Shown here: positions 33,145 to 41,343 of the stretch, piece by piece | Position numbering within the stretch: position 1 is the stretch's first letter | Layout: every line of letters starts with the position of its first letter | Assembly: GCA_963716255.1 (NCBI GenBank) | Contig: OY970303.1 | Coordinates: 608,001 to 672,000 of the forward strand | Length of the DNA stretch: 64,000 bases | Reading direction: 5' to 3' | Source of the DNA: an uncultured Gemmatimonadales bacterium | Lineage (GTDB): Bacteria > Gemmatimonadota > Gemmatimonadetes > Longimicrobiales > Longimicrobiaceae | Made by a program: the position numbers and the translations under genes | Notes under the pieces: model-generated | The model's database searches: none | What the model saw: the letters and a program-made list of their open reading frames with translations, nothing else | Told to the model about the DNA's origin: nothing

Positions 33145-33639
33145 ATGCACCACTTCACAGAGCCCGTCACCGCGCGCATCGTCGACTTCCTGCGGGAGAT
33201 CGGCGTGGAGGTGGAGGCGTGCGAGCTGCCGGACCCGTGCTTCCTCCCCGGCGTGCGGGTGGAGCGCGGCCGCCTCCTCGTGGACGAGGCGCGGCTGTCG
33301 TACCCGGGCGACCTGCTCCACGAGGCCGGGCACGTCGCCATCCTCACGGCCGCGGAGCGGGGGGAGCGCCGGGGCGACGTGGGCGCCGACCTGGGCGAGG
33401 AGATCGGCGCCATCGCCTGGTCGTACGCGGCGGCGACCCACCTTGGGCTGGATCCGGCCGTCGTCTTCCACGAGCACGGCTACCGCGGCGCCTCCGGGGG
33501 CTTCCTCGACAACTTCCGCCACGGGCGCTACGTGGGCGTCCCCCTCCTCCAGTGGATGGACCTCACCCGCGACGACAAGGGAGCGCGCGAGGAAGGCGTC
33601 GCGCCGTACCCGCACATGCTCAGGTGGCTGCGCGACTGA
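33145..33639 (+). CDS. Hypothetical protein with HExxH motif
   Basis: PGDLLHEAGH...EEIGAIAWS. Confidence 0.75.
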   Translation: MHHFTEPVTARIVDFLREIGVEVEACELPDPCFLPGVRVERGRLLVDEARLSYPGDLLHEAGHVAILTAAERGERRGDVGADLGEEIGAIAWSYAAATHLGLDPAVVFHEHGYRGASGGFLDNFRHGRYVGVPLLQWMDLTRDDKGAREEGVAPYPHMLRWLRD

Positions 33640-33657
33640 CCGCGGGCAAGAAACCCG

Positions 33658-33686
33658 TTGGCGCGGGCGCGGGCGGCATGTACAAT
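33658..33686 (+). promoter_or_regulatory. Putative sigma70 promoter
   Basis: TTGGCG-N17-TACAAT. Confidence 0.45.
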
Positions 33687-33757
33687 GTCGGGGAGTGGGC
33701 GCGCCCCGCCGACCCGGCCGGGGACGGCGCCCGGACCGCACGGCAGGAGACGCGCGC

Positions 33758-34585
33758 ATGAGCCAGCCCGAGACGGTCCACGTGCCGGTGGCGGCGGAGG
33801 ACGACGGCGGAGTCGTGGCGGTGGAGGTGGTCGGGTCGCTGGGGCACGCCCGGTTCCCCGACCTGTGCGTGAAGTGCGGCACGCCCGCGAACCGCACCCT
33901 CGCCATCAACAAGCTGTTCTACTGCGACAACGGGGACAACCCGGGCTACTTCTACGCGTCCGGGGTGGCCGCGCCCGCCTGCCCGGCGTGCATCCGGGCG
34001 CACGAGAGCGAGCAGCGTCCCATCGCCCCCGAAATGAGGAGCAAGCTGCTGCGGAAGTGGGCCCTGGAATCGCTGCCCTTCGTCTTCCCGCTCGGCGTGA
34101 ACCTGTGGTTTCTCACCATCTTCGTCCCCAAGCTGCTCGAAGCGGTCCGGGAGGGCACCGACCCCGCCGAGATGGCGATCTGGGGCGGGGTGTCCGCCTT
34201 ATTCGGGCTGCTGGCGCTGATGTTCTGGCGAATGATCATGCAGAAGGGCCGTCCGCTGATCCTCGCCCCGGCGGACACGTACGCGCGCTGGGTGCGGGTG
34301 GAGAAGGGGCCGCTCGGCAGCCGGCTCGTCGCCGTCACGGACCCGACCCCGGTGATGCGGTCGGTGGACTTCACCGCCGACATCAGCGAGATGTTCGAGC
34401 CGGAGCGCCACCGCTTCTCCTTCCGCAACTTCGAGGTCGCCGACCGCTTCGCGGAGCTGAACGCCGACCGCGAGTGGGACCCCGCCTCCACGCGGGCGCA
34501 GCTGGCGCGGCGGGGCCGCATGGCGGTGATCGGCGCCGTGGCGCTGGCCGTGATCTACGCGCTGGTGGCGGAGTTCATCCTCTGA
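33758..34585 (+). CDS. Hypothetical membrane protein with CxxC...CxxC
   Basis: CVKC and CPAC motifs, about three TM segments, AGGAG RBS. Confidence 0.75.
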   Translation: MSQPETVHVPVAAEDDGGVVAVEVVGSLGHARFPDLCVKCGTPANRTLAINKLFYCDNGDNPGYFYASGVAAPACPACIRAHESEQRPIAPEMRSKLLRKWALESLPFVFPLGVNLWFLTIFVPKLLEAVREGTDPAEMAIWGGVSALFGLLALMFWRMIMQKGRPLILAPADTYARWVRVEKGPLGSRLVAVTDPTPVMRSVDFTADISEMFEPERHRFSFRNFEVADRFAELNADREWDPASTRAQLARRGRMAVIGAVALAVIYALVAEFIL

Positions 34586-34668
34586 CGCTCGCCGGGATCC
34601 CGCGGCCGGCGGCGCGCCCGCCCCGCGGCCGACGCCTCCCTGTTCCACCCACCGCGATCCGATCCGCC

Positions 34669-35481
34669 ATGAGCGAGCCCGTCCGGCTGGAGGTGCAGGA
34701 CCACGTGGCGACCCTGACGCTGGACCGCCCCGACACGTTCAACGCGCTGGACCTGTCGACCGCCTCCGCGCTCGCCGACGCGCTCCTCGGCGTCAGCTCC
34801 GACCCGCGGGTGCGCGCCGTGGTCCTGACCGGGGCCGGGCGCGCGTTCTCCGCCGGGGGCGACCTGCGCCACGCCATGTCGCACCCGCACGGGCCCCCCG
34901 CCGCATTCCGGGAGCTCGCCACCCGCGTGCACGTGTGCGTGGCCGAGATCCGCCGCATGGACAAGCCCGTGATCGCCGCGGTGAACGGGGTCGCCGCGGG
35001 AGGCGGGTTCAGCCTGGTGCTCGCCTGCGACTTCCGGGTCATGGCGGCCTCGGCGCGCCTGGTGCAGGGCTACACCAGCCAGGGGCTGGCCATGGACGCG
35101 GGGGGCACCTTCATCCTGCCGCGCCTGGTGGGGCTCGCACGCGCGCTGGAGATCGCCGCCTTCGACGAGCCCATCCCCGCGGACCGGGCGCTCGCCTGGG
35201 GGCTGGCCACGCGCGTGGTGCCCGACGGGGCGGCGCTGGACGAGGCCCGCGCCATGGCGGCGACGCTCGCGGGCCGCTCCGTGCACGCGTTCGCGGCGGT
35301 GAAGCGCCTGCTCACCGACGCCTACGACACGCCGCTGGAAGCGCAGCTGGAGCGCGAGCGCGCGGCGCTGGTGGCCTGCGCGGGGCACCCGGACGGGGTG
35401 GAGGGGATCCGCGCGTTCCTGGAGAAGCGCCGACCGGTGTTCGGGGGGGACGGGGCCGCCGCCCCCCCGCCGCCCGCCTGA
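34669..35481 (+). CDS. Enoyl-CoA hydratase/isomerase family protein (PaaG-like)
   Basis: LDRPDTFNAL, AFSAGGDL, AAVNGVAAGGG and EGIRAFLEKRRP motifs. Confidence 0.92.
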   Translation: MSEPVRLEVQDHVATLTLDRPDTFNALDLSTASALADALLGVSSDPRVRAVVLTGAGRAFSAGGDLRHAMSHPHGPPAAFRELATRVHVCVAEIRRMDKPVIAAVNGVAAGGGFSLVLACDFRVMAASARLVQGYTSQGLAMDAGGTFILPRLVGLARALEIAAFDEPIPADRALAWGLATRVVPDGAALDEARAMAATLAGRSVHAFAAVKRLLTDAYDTPLEAQLERERAALVACAGHPDGVEGIRAFLEKRRPVFGGDGAAAPPPPA

Positions 35482-35575
35482 TCCGGCCGGCGGCCGGCCC
35501 CGCCCCGTGTCCGGCGCGGGGCTCTCCGATCCCTCCCCTTCACGCGAGCCGCGACGACGGCCGGGCGAACTGCCG

Positions 35576-37348
35576 ATGAACTTCACGCGAGTCACCCTCC
35601 GGGACGCTGCGATCGACGGGATCGAGGGCGCGACCCTGCTCGTGCCCGACGGCTGGAGACTGGACGGCGGGTTCGCCTGGACGCCGCTGCTGTCCATGCA
35701 GGCCGGCCTGCCGCTGCACGTCTCCGACCCGCGCACCGGCGCGGCCGTGAGCATGCTCCCCGGCCACCAGTTCGTCTGGCCGATGCAGCCCATGCCCGGC
35801 ATGCAGCCCGGCGCCAACTGGCTGGGCTCGATCCTTCTCCCCCCGCCCGGCCACCCTGCGGAGTGCGTGCACCAGGTGTTCATGCCGGGGCCCCTTCAGC
35901 ACCTGCAGGGCGCGCGGCTCGTCGGCTCCGCGGACATGCCGGAGCTCGCCGCGGAAGCGGCCCGCGACGTCCCGCACATGACCGTGCACGCGACGCGCCT
36001 CCGCTATGCCTTCGGCTGGGGCGGGCGCCCCTGGGAGGAGGAAGTGTACCTGTCGGTATCCTTCGACCGGCCCAACGGCTACCTGGCGAGCTGGTGGTGC
36101 AACGCCCACTCGCTGCGCGCCCCGGCGGGCACGCTGGACGGGATGGCGCCCCTGCTGACGGCGGCCGTGCTGTCGCTGCGCGTGGGGCTGGACTGGTCCG
36201 CGCTGCTGGAGCACGCCCGCGGCCGGTTCCGCGAAGCCATGCGGAAGCAGCAGTCCGACCCCGACCCGCGCGGCCTGATCCTGCCCCCGGCCCAGCCCCT
36301 CGACCCGGCCTGGCGGCGTCAGCTGGCGGAGATCCGCGAAGCGCACCGGCCTGCGTGGGAGCGGTGGCAGGCCTCGCAGGACCGCCGGCACGCCGAGCTC
36401 GCCCGGGCCGTCGGCGGCCTGGAAGCGTACACCGACCCGTTCGAGCCGCGCCCGGTGCGGCTCCCCCGGTCCATGTACGGATACTGGGCCGGCTCCGACG
36501 GCAGGATCGCCGCCGCGCCGGGCGCGACATCCGGCATGCCCGCGGACGGCACGACGGAGTGGCGGCGGATGAGCGGCGAGCAGCCGGGACCCTGGAACCA
36601 GCCGGGCTACCCTGCCTGGCCCGGGACCGCGGGCACGATCCCCGCCATGAGGCCCCCCGCCCCGGGCGCCTCCGCGCCACCCCTGCACCGGGTGCCGGGC
36701 GAGCCGCGCTACCCGGACGGATACGGCTCCTCCGGCACGATCCCACCCCCGCCGGGGTCGGCCTCTCCGGCCGCGCCACCGGCACACCCGCTGCGGCCGG
36801 GACCGACCCCGGCGCCCCCGCAGGCCCCGCCGCCGCCTGCGCCGCACCGGGAGCAGCCCGCCGGCACGGGGGAAGACGGGCCCGGATCCACGGATGCCGA
36901 GATGGCCAAGCTGGAGACGTGGACGTCGGAGCTGGACGCGGAATTCGAGCGGATGCTCAAGGAGATCACGACGATGTACGAGCACGCCAATCGTATCGCC
37001 GCCAGGAGCGGCTCCACTCCCGGCGCCTCCTACGGCATCATCCTGAAGCGGCTGAACGAATGGCACGAGTACTTCCGCTCGCACCAGGGCCGCGCCTTCG
37101 CCAGCGAGGCGAGCCGCCGCTCGCTTTACGGGCAGTCGCTGACCCGGATCCTGGAGCAGGTGGAGAACCGGATCGAGGACATGGCGAAGCAGTGGAGGAA
37201 GTTCCAGGAAACGGAGGCCAGGGAAGAGGCGGACTTCCAGCAGGGGCTGCGCGACGCGACGACGGCATCGCTGGAGAAGAGGCAGGCGATGCAGCAGAAG
37301 TTCAGCGAGGACCTTCAGAAGGCGAGGAACAAGGGCTGGCGGAGGTGA
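35576..37348 (+). CDS. Hypothetical protein: globular N-terminus, Pro-rich linker, coiled-coil C-terminus
   Basis: Long ORF with coding-like codon usage; no recognised family. Confidence 0.7.
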   Translation: MNFTRVTLRDAAIDGIEGATLLVPDGWRLDGGFAWTPLLSMQAGLPLHVSDPRTGAAVSMLPGHQFVWPMQPMPGMQPGANWLGSILLPPPGHPAECVHQVFMPGPLQHLQGARLVGSADMPELAAEAARDVPHMTVHATRLRYAFGWGGRPWEEEVYLSVSFDRPNGYLASWWCNAHSLRAPAGTLDGMAPLLTAAVLSLRVGLDWSALLEHARGRFREAMRKQQSDPDPRGLILPPAQPLDPAWRRQLAEIREAHRPAWERWQASQDRRHAELARAVGGLEAYTDPFEPRPVRLPRSMYGYWAGSDGRIAAAPGATSGMPADGTTEWRRMSGEQPGPWNQPGYPAWPGTAGTIPAMRPPAPGASAPPLHRVPGEPRYPDGYGSSGTIPPPPGSASPAAPPAHPLRPGPTPAPPQAPPPPAPHREQPAGTGEDGPGSTDAEMAKLETWTSELDAEFERMLKEITTMYEHANRIAARSGSTPGASYGIILKRLNEWHEYFRSHQGRAFASEASRRSLYGQSLTRILEQVENRIEDMAKQWRKFQETEAREEADFQQGLRDATTASLEKRQAMQQKFSEDLQKARNKGWRR

Positions 37349-37576
37349 CGGGAGACGGGGCGACCCCGGCGGACTCCGCCGCGTCCCGGCATGATTCGCG
37401 AGGGGCCTGGATTCCGGGCGGCCGGAGAGCCTGGCGGCGCTGGTGGTCCCCTTCGACACGGCGGCGGATGCCGGGCGGAGTGCCGTGAAGTGGGTGCGAA
37501 AGTGCGGGAATGAACTGCAGTTCGAGGTTCGCAGTCCGTGAAAAGCGCCCCCGCCGGGAGATCCCGGTGAGGGCGG

Positions 37577-37645
37577 CCCTCACCCGGCTCGCTTGAGGCT
37601 CGCCCCCCTCTCCCGCTTGCGGGGGAGGGGGCCGGGGGGAGGGGG
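37577..37645. repeat. Family D repeat
   Basis: CCCTCACCCGGCTCGCTTGAGGCTCGCCCCCCTCTCCCGCTTGCGGGGGAGGGGG. Confidence 0.82.
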
Positions 37646-37648
37646 CGT

Positions 37649-37777
37649 GCGTGAGGGATTACGGCCCGAAGGGGCGAGACCCGGCGGCAGTTTGCCGGGG
37701 CTCGACTCCGTTACGCACGGTTGTTTCGTGCGTTACGGAGCCGAAGCCCGACCCCGGCGCCAGCCGGGGGCACGCCC
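37649..37777. repeat. Structured repeat family A, copy 5 (inverted)
   Basis: GCGTGAGGGATTAC...CACGCCC. Confidence 0.95.
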
Positions 37778-37805
37778 GAACCCGCCGTAGCCGTTCACGA
37801 GCCGT

Positions 37806-38804
37806 TCAGTTGGTGAGGGCGTCGCGGTACCGGCTCCAGTCGTCCAGCACCGTCCCGGCGCCGCGCACCACCGTGGTGAGCGGGTCCTCGTCGATGCGCA
37901 CGGGAAGGCGCGTCTCCTCGGAGAACAGCGCCCCCAGACCGCGCAGCTGCACCCCGCCGCCGGTCATCACGATCCCCTCGTCCACGATGTCGGAGGAAAG
38001 CTCCGGGGGGGTGACCTCCAGCGCCTGCCGCACGCCGGTGGTGATGGCCTGCAGCGGCTCGCGCAGGCAGTCGCGGATCTCCTGCGAGTTGACCCACACG
38101 GTCTTCGGGAAGCCGGAGACCAGGTCGCGCCCCTTGACCTCCATCTCGTGCTCGGAGCCGTTGGGGTAGGCGGAGCCGATGCCGATCTTGACCGCTTCGG
38201 CGGTGGCCTCGCCCACCAGCAGGTTGTGGCTGCGGCGGATGAAGGCGACGATCAGCTCGTCCAGGTCCTGCCCCGCCACGCGGATGGACACGTTGGCGAC
38301 GATCCCGGAGAGCGCCACCACCCCGATCTCGGTGGTCCCCCCGCCGATGTTCACCACCATGCACCCCTTGGGCGTGGTGACGGGGAGCCCGGCGCCGATG
38401 GCGGCGGCGATGGGCTCGGAAAGCATGAACACCTGCCGCGCCCCGGCGGCGATCACCCCCTCGCGCACTGCGCGCCGCTCCATCTCGGTGATGCCGGAGG
38501 GAATGGTGATGAGTACGCGCGGCTTGACGCGCAGGCGCCGCCGCGGGAGAACGCGCTGCAGGAAGTGCCGCAGCATGAGGTCCACGCGGTCCACGTCCGC
38601 GATCACCCCGCCGCGCATGGGGCTCACGGCCAACACGCTGTCCGGGGTGCGCCCCAGCATCCGCTTTGCCTCCAGCCCCACGGCGAGCACCTTGCCGGTG
38701 GAGCGCTCCATCGCCACCACCGAGGGCTCGTTGATCACGATTCCCTCGCCGCGGACGTGGATCAGGGTGTTTGCGGTCCCGAGATCGATCGCGATGTCTG
38801 CCAT
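37806..38804 (-). CDS. mreB: MreB-family actin-like protein (stand-alone paralogue)
   Basis: IDLGTANT, NEPSVVA, EPIAAAIGAG, NIGGGTTE and TGGG motifs; no mreC/mreD adjacent. Confidence 0.93.
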   Translation of the reverse strand: MADIAIDLGTANTLIHVRGEGIVINEPSVVAMERSTGKVLAVGLEAKRMLGRTPDSVLAVSPMRGGVIADVDRVDLMLRHFLQRVLPRRRLRVKPRVLITIPSGITEMERRAVREGVIAAGARQVFMLSEPIAAAIGAGLPVTTPKGCMVVNIGGGTTEIGVVALSGIVANVSIRVAGQDLDELIVAFIRRSHNLLVGEATAEAVKIGIGSAYPNGSEHEMEVKGRDLVSGFPKTVWVNSQEIRDCLREPLQAITTGVRQALEVTPPELSSDIVDEGIVMTGGGVQLRGLGALFSEETRLPVRIDEDPLTTVVRGAGTVLDDWSRYRDALTN

Positions 38805-38902
38805 TTCACTTCAGGTGTGTGCTGTGGACTGCGAGCGCCGCCCGGCGGGGCGGGCGCCTGGATGCGGGCGGAGGCGCGACGGCGCGCGGGCCGGAAACGG
38901 CG

Positions 38903-38955
38903 AAAAGCCGCCGGCGGCCCTCCCCGCGGCCAGGGGGAGGGAGCTCGCTGGCGGC
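38903..38955 (-). terminator. Expression-platform terminator of the second riboswitch
   Basis: GCCGCCAGC...GCCGGCGGC-UUUU with an internal CCCUCCCC/GGGGAGGG stem; overlaps the aptamer 3' end. Confidence 0.65.
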
Positions 38956-39035
38956 TCGGCTGGCGTAGCGGGTGGTTCCCGCCGTAGCCCCGTGGCTCTG
39001 CGCCACCGCCTTTCGACGGCTTCGCCCTTTTCAGC
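38947..39035 (-). ncRNA. c-di-GMP-I (GEMM-I) riboswitch aptamer 2, G at position 20
   Basis: GCUG-AAAA-GGGCGAAGCCGUC-GAAA-GGCGGUGGCGC-AGA-GCCACGGGGCUAC...ACGCCAGCCGAGCCGC-CAGC. Confidence 0.85.
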
Positions 39036-39100
39036 TTCGCGTATGGATCGTCCGACGGCACCGCGGCGAGCGCCGCGCGGGAGGGACCGGCCGGGCGGGG

Positions 39101-39144
39101 AAAAAGAATAGCCGCCAGCGCCGATCTCTCGGAATGCTGGCGGC
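39101..39144 (-). terminator. Expression-platform terminator of the first riboswitch
   Basis: GCCGCCAGC...GCUGGCGGC-UAUUCUUUUU; the 5' arm overlaps the P1 3' strand. Confidence 0.78.
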
Positions 39145-39227
39145 CAGGCGAGCGTGGCGGGCGCGGCCCGCGGTAGCTCCGTAGCTCTGCGTCCCCGCCT
39201 TTCGGCGGGTTTGCTCTTTGCAGCACC
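39133..39227 (-). ncRNA. c-di-GMP-I (GEMM-I) riboswitch aptamer 1, A at position 20 (cGAMP-type signature)
   Basis: GGUGCUG-CAAA-GAGCAAACCCGCC-GAAA-GGCGGGGACGC-AGA-GCUACGGAGCUAC...ACGCUCGCCUGGCCGC-CAGCAUU. Confidence 0.87.
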
Positions 39228-39283
39228 GCCGCCCCACCGGGGGCGTCCGGGATATGTGCCGTACTGTCACCGACTTGATCCGG

Positions 39284-39313
39284 AAGGTAGCCGCTCCGGA
39301 CGGGGTCCGTCAA
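39284..39313 (-). promoter_or_regulatory. Putative promoter of the riboswitch-mreB leader
   Basis: TTGACG-N18-TACCTT on the minus strand. Confidence 0.5.
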
Positions 39314-39332
39314 CCCGGTGGGCGCGGCGCGC

Positions 39333-40610
39333 TCACGCCCGCGCGCCCACCGGGAGCGGTGCGGCGTCCGCGGCCTCCGAGCCGTGGGCCGCGCCCACCC
39401 GCCGCGAGGCCAGAAAGACCAGCGCCGCCATGACGGCGACGACGGTCGCCAGCGAGCGCGGGGTGCCGTCGTACAGCGACCCGGCCGCGAAGCCGGTGAG
39501 CGCGCTCCCCGCGGTCTGCAGGCTCCCCATCAGCGAGGAGGCCACCCCGGCCAGCCGGCCGTGCGGGGCCATGGCCCCGGCGGTGGCGTTGGGCTGTACC
39601 AGCCCGATCCCCAGCATGTAGGCCATCATGGGGAGGAGCACCCCCGCCGCGCCGCCGGTCCCCGTCCAGGCGGCGAGCAGCAGCGCCGCGCCGGCGGCGA
39701 GCACCAGCAGGGCGCCGCGGCGGAGCAGCGCGTCCGGGGCGTGGCGGGCGAGCAGGGCCCGGTTGAGCGCCGCCCCCGCCATCATGGAGCCGGCGGTGAG
39801 GGCGAACAGCAGGCCGAAGCGCTGCCGCGGCACGCCGAAGCCGTCGATGAAGACGAAGGGCGAGGCGCTGACGTAGGCGAACATCCCCGCGTAGGCGAAG
39901 CAGGTCGCCCACAGGTGGGCGCGCCCCGCCCGGTGCCGCAGCACGGCGCCGTAGGCGGCCAGCACCGCGCCGGGGCCGCCCTCCGCCGCGTGCCCGGCGG
40001 GGAGCGATTCCGGGAGGCCGCGCCAGCTCGCCAGCGAGAGCGCGGCCCCGGCCGCGCCCAGCACCAGGAAGATGGCGTGCCACCCCAGGTGCACCAGCAC
40101 GTACCCGCCCAGCGTGGGCGCCACCAGCGGCGCGGCCACCATCACCACGGTGACCTGCGACAGCACCGCCGCGCCCTCCCGCGCCCCGAAGCGGTCGCGG
40201 ATCACCGCCCGCGCCAGGATGGGGCCCACGCTGGCGCCCATCCCCTGGACGAGGCGGCAGGCGACCAGCACCGGGAGCGACCCGGCGGCCGCGCACGCGA
40301 GCCCCGCCGCCGTGAACAGCGCCAGCCCGCCCAGCAGCACGGGGCGGCGCCCCACGCGGTCGGAGAGCGGGCCGCAGACCAGCTGCCCCGCCGCGTACCC
40401 CGCCAGGAACAGGCTGAGGGTGAGCTGCACCGCCGCCACGTCCGCCCCGAAGACGCCCTGCAGCTGCGGCATCGCGGGGAGCGACATGTCGATGGCCAGG
40501 GCAGTCATCCCCGTGAGCGCCGCCAGCAGCAGCGCCAGCCCCCTCCCCCGCCGCGGTCGCGTCGCGGCGTCCCCCCCGTGCTCGGCTTCCTGCTTCACTC
40601 CACCATCCAC
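39333..40610 (-). CDS. Bcr/CflA-family MFS efflux transporter
   Basis: IDMSLPAMP, GPLSDRVGRRPV, RAVIRD and PESL motifs; GTG start approximate. Confidence 0.9.
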   Translation of the reverse strand: MDGGVKQEAEHGGDAATRPRRGRGLALLLAALTGMTALAIDMSLPAMPQLQGVFGADVAAVQLTLSLFLAGYAAGQLVCGPLSDRVGRRPVLLGGLALFTAAGLACAAAGSLPVLVACRLVQGMGASVGPILARAVIRDRFGAREGAAVLSQVTVVMVAAPLVAPTLGGYVLVHLGWHAIFLVLGAAGAALSLASWRGLPESLPAGHAAEGGPGAVLAAYGAVLRHRAGRAHLWATCFAYAGMFAYVSASPFVFIDGFGVPRQRFGLLFALTAGSMMAGAALNRALLARHAPDALLRRGALLVLAAGAALLLAAWTGTGGAAGVLLPMMAYMLGIGLVQPNATAGAMAPHGRLAGVASSLMGSLQTAGSALTGFAAGSLYDGTPRSLATVVAVMAALVFLASRRVGAAHGSEAADAAPLPVGARA

Positions 40611-40620
40611 GTGCCTGTGC

Positions 40621-40652
40621 AAAAAAAACGAGACCCCACCCGTGGGGCCCTC
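40621..40652 (-). terminator. Intrinsic terminator after the DoxX gene
   Basis: CCCCAC/GTGGGG hairpin followed by T8 on the minus strand. Confidence 0.7.
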
Positions 40653-40702
40653 CCACCTGCAAGGCGCGGGCGCGCCCGCGCGGACACGCCCGCCGCCCGG
40701 AT

Positions 40703-41143
40703 CTAGCGAGTCCGGCCGCGCAGCACGCGCGCGTCCAGGCTGTGGGGCCCGCCGCCGTTGCCGGCGAAGTAGGCCCACACCAGCGCGTAGAGCAGCGCCA
40801 GCTCGCCGCCGTTGGCGATGGGCGCGGCGCCCTGCGACGCGTGAGCCATGAAGTACGCGGCCACCATCTGCAGCGCCAGCACCGCCGCCACCGGCCGCGT
40901 CAGCAGCCCCAGCACCATCAGCAGCCCGCCGACCAGCTCCAGCACCCCCGCGAGCCCCATCATGCTCACCAGCTCGGCGGTGGCGCCCGGCTGCCCGCCG
41001 AAGCCGCCGAACGACCCGAACAGCTTCTGCGCGCCGTGCTGCATGAAGAGCAGCCCCGCGCCCACCCGCAGCACGGTGTGCAACGCCCACGCGAGCGTGC
41101 TCCGCCCGTACGACGCCGATGCGGGATTCGCGAAATCCGCCAT
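40703..41143 (-). CDS. DoxX-family membrane protein
   Basis: LRVGAGLLFMQHGAQKL, ELVGG..LGLLTR and GGGPHSLD motifs. Confidence 0.9.
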   Translation of the reverse strand: MADFANPASASYGRSTLAWALHTVLRVGAGLLFMQHGAQKLFGSFGGFGGQPGATAELVSMMGLAGVLELVGGLLMVLGLLTRPVAAVLALQMVAAYFMAHASQGAAPIANGGELALLYALVWAYFAGNGGGPHSLDARVLRGRTR

Positions 41144-41343
41144 GAGTCCTCTCCTGTCCGTGAGCCCTGGAGCCGAAGCGCGCGGCACGCCTGACGCCCC
41201 GCGCGAGTGCGCATTTATCTTAGCACAGAGATAAATCCATCGCAAGGGCCGCCGGGCACTTCCCTTGCGACGGCGACGGCCCGCACCGTCCCCCTCCGGG
41301 CGGGGCCGCCCCCTCCACACCACCCCTGTTTTCCGGGATCGTG

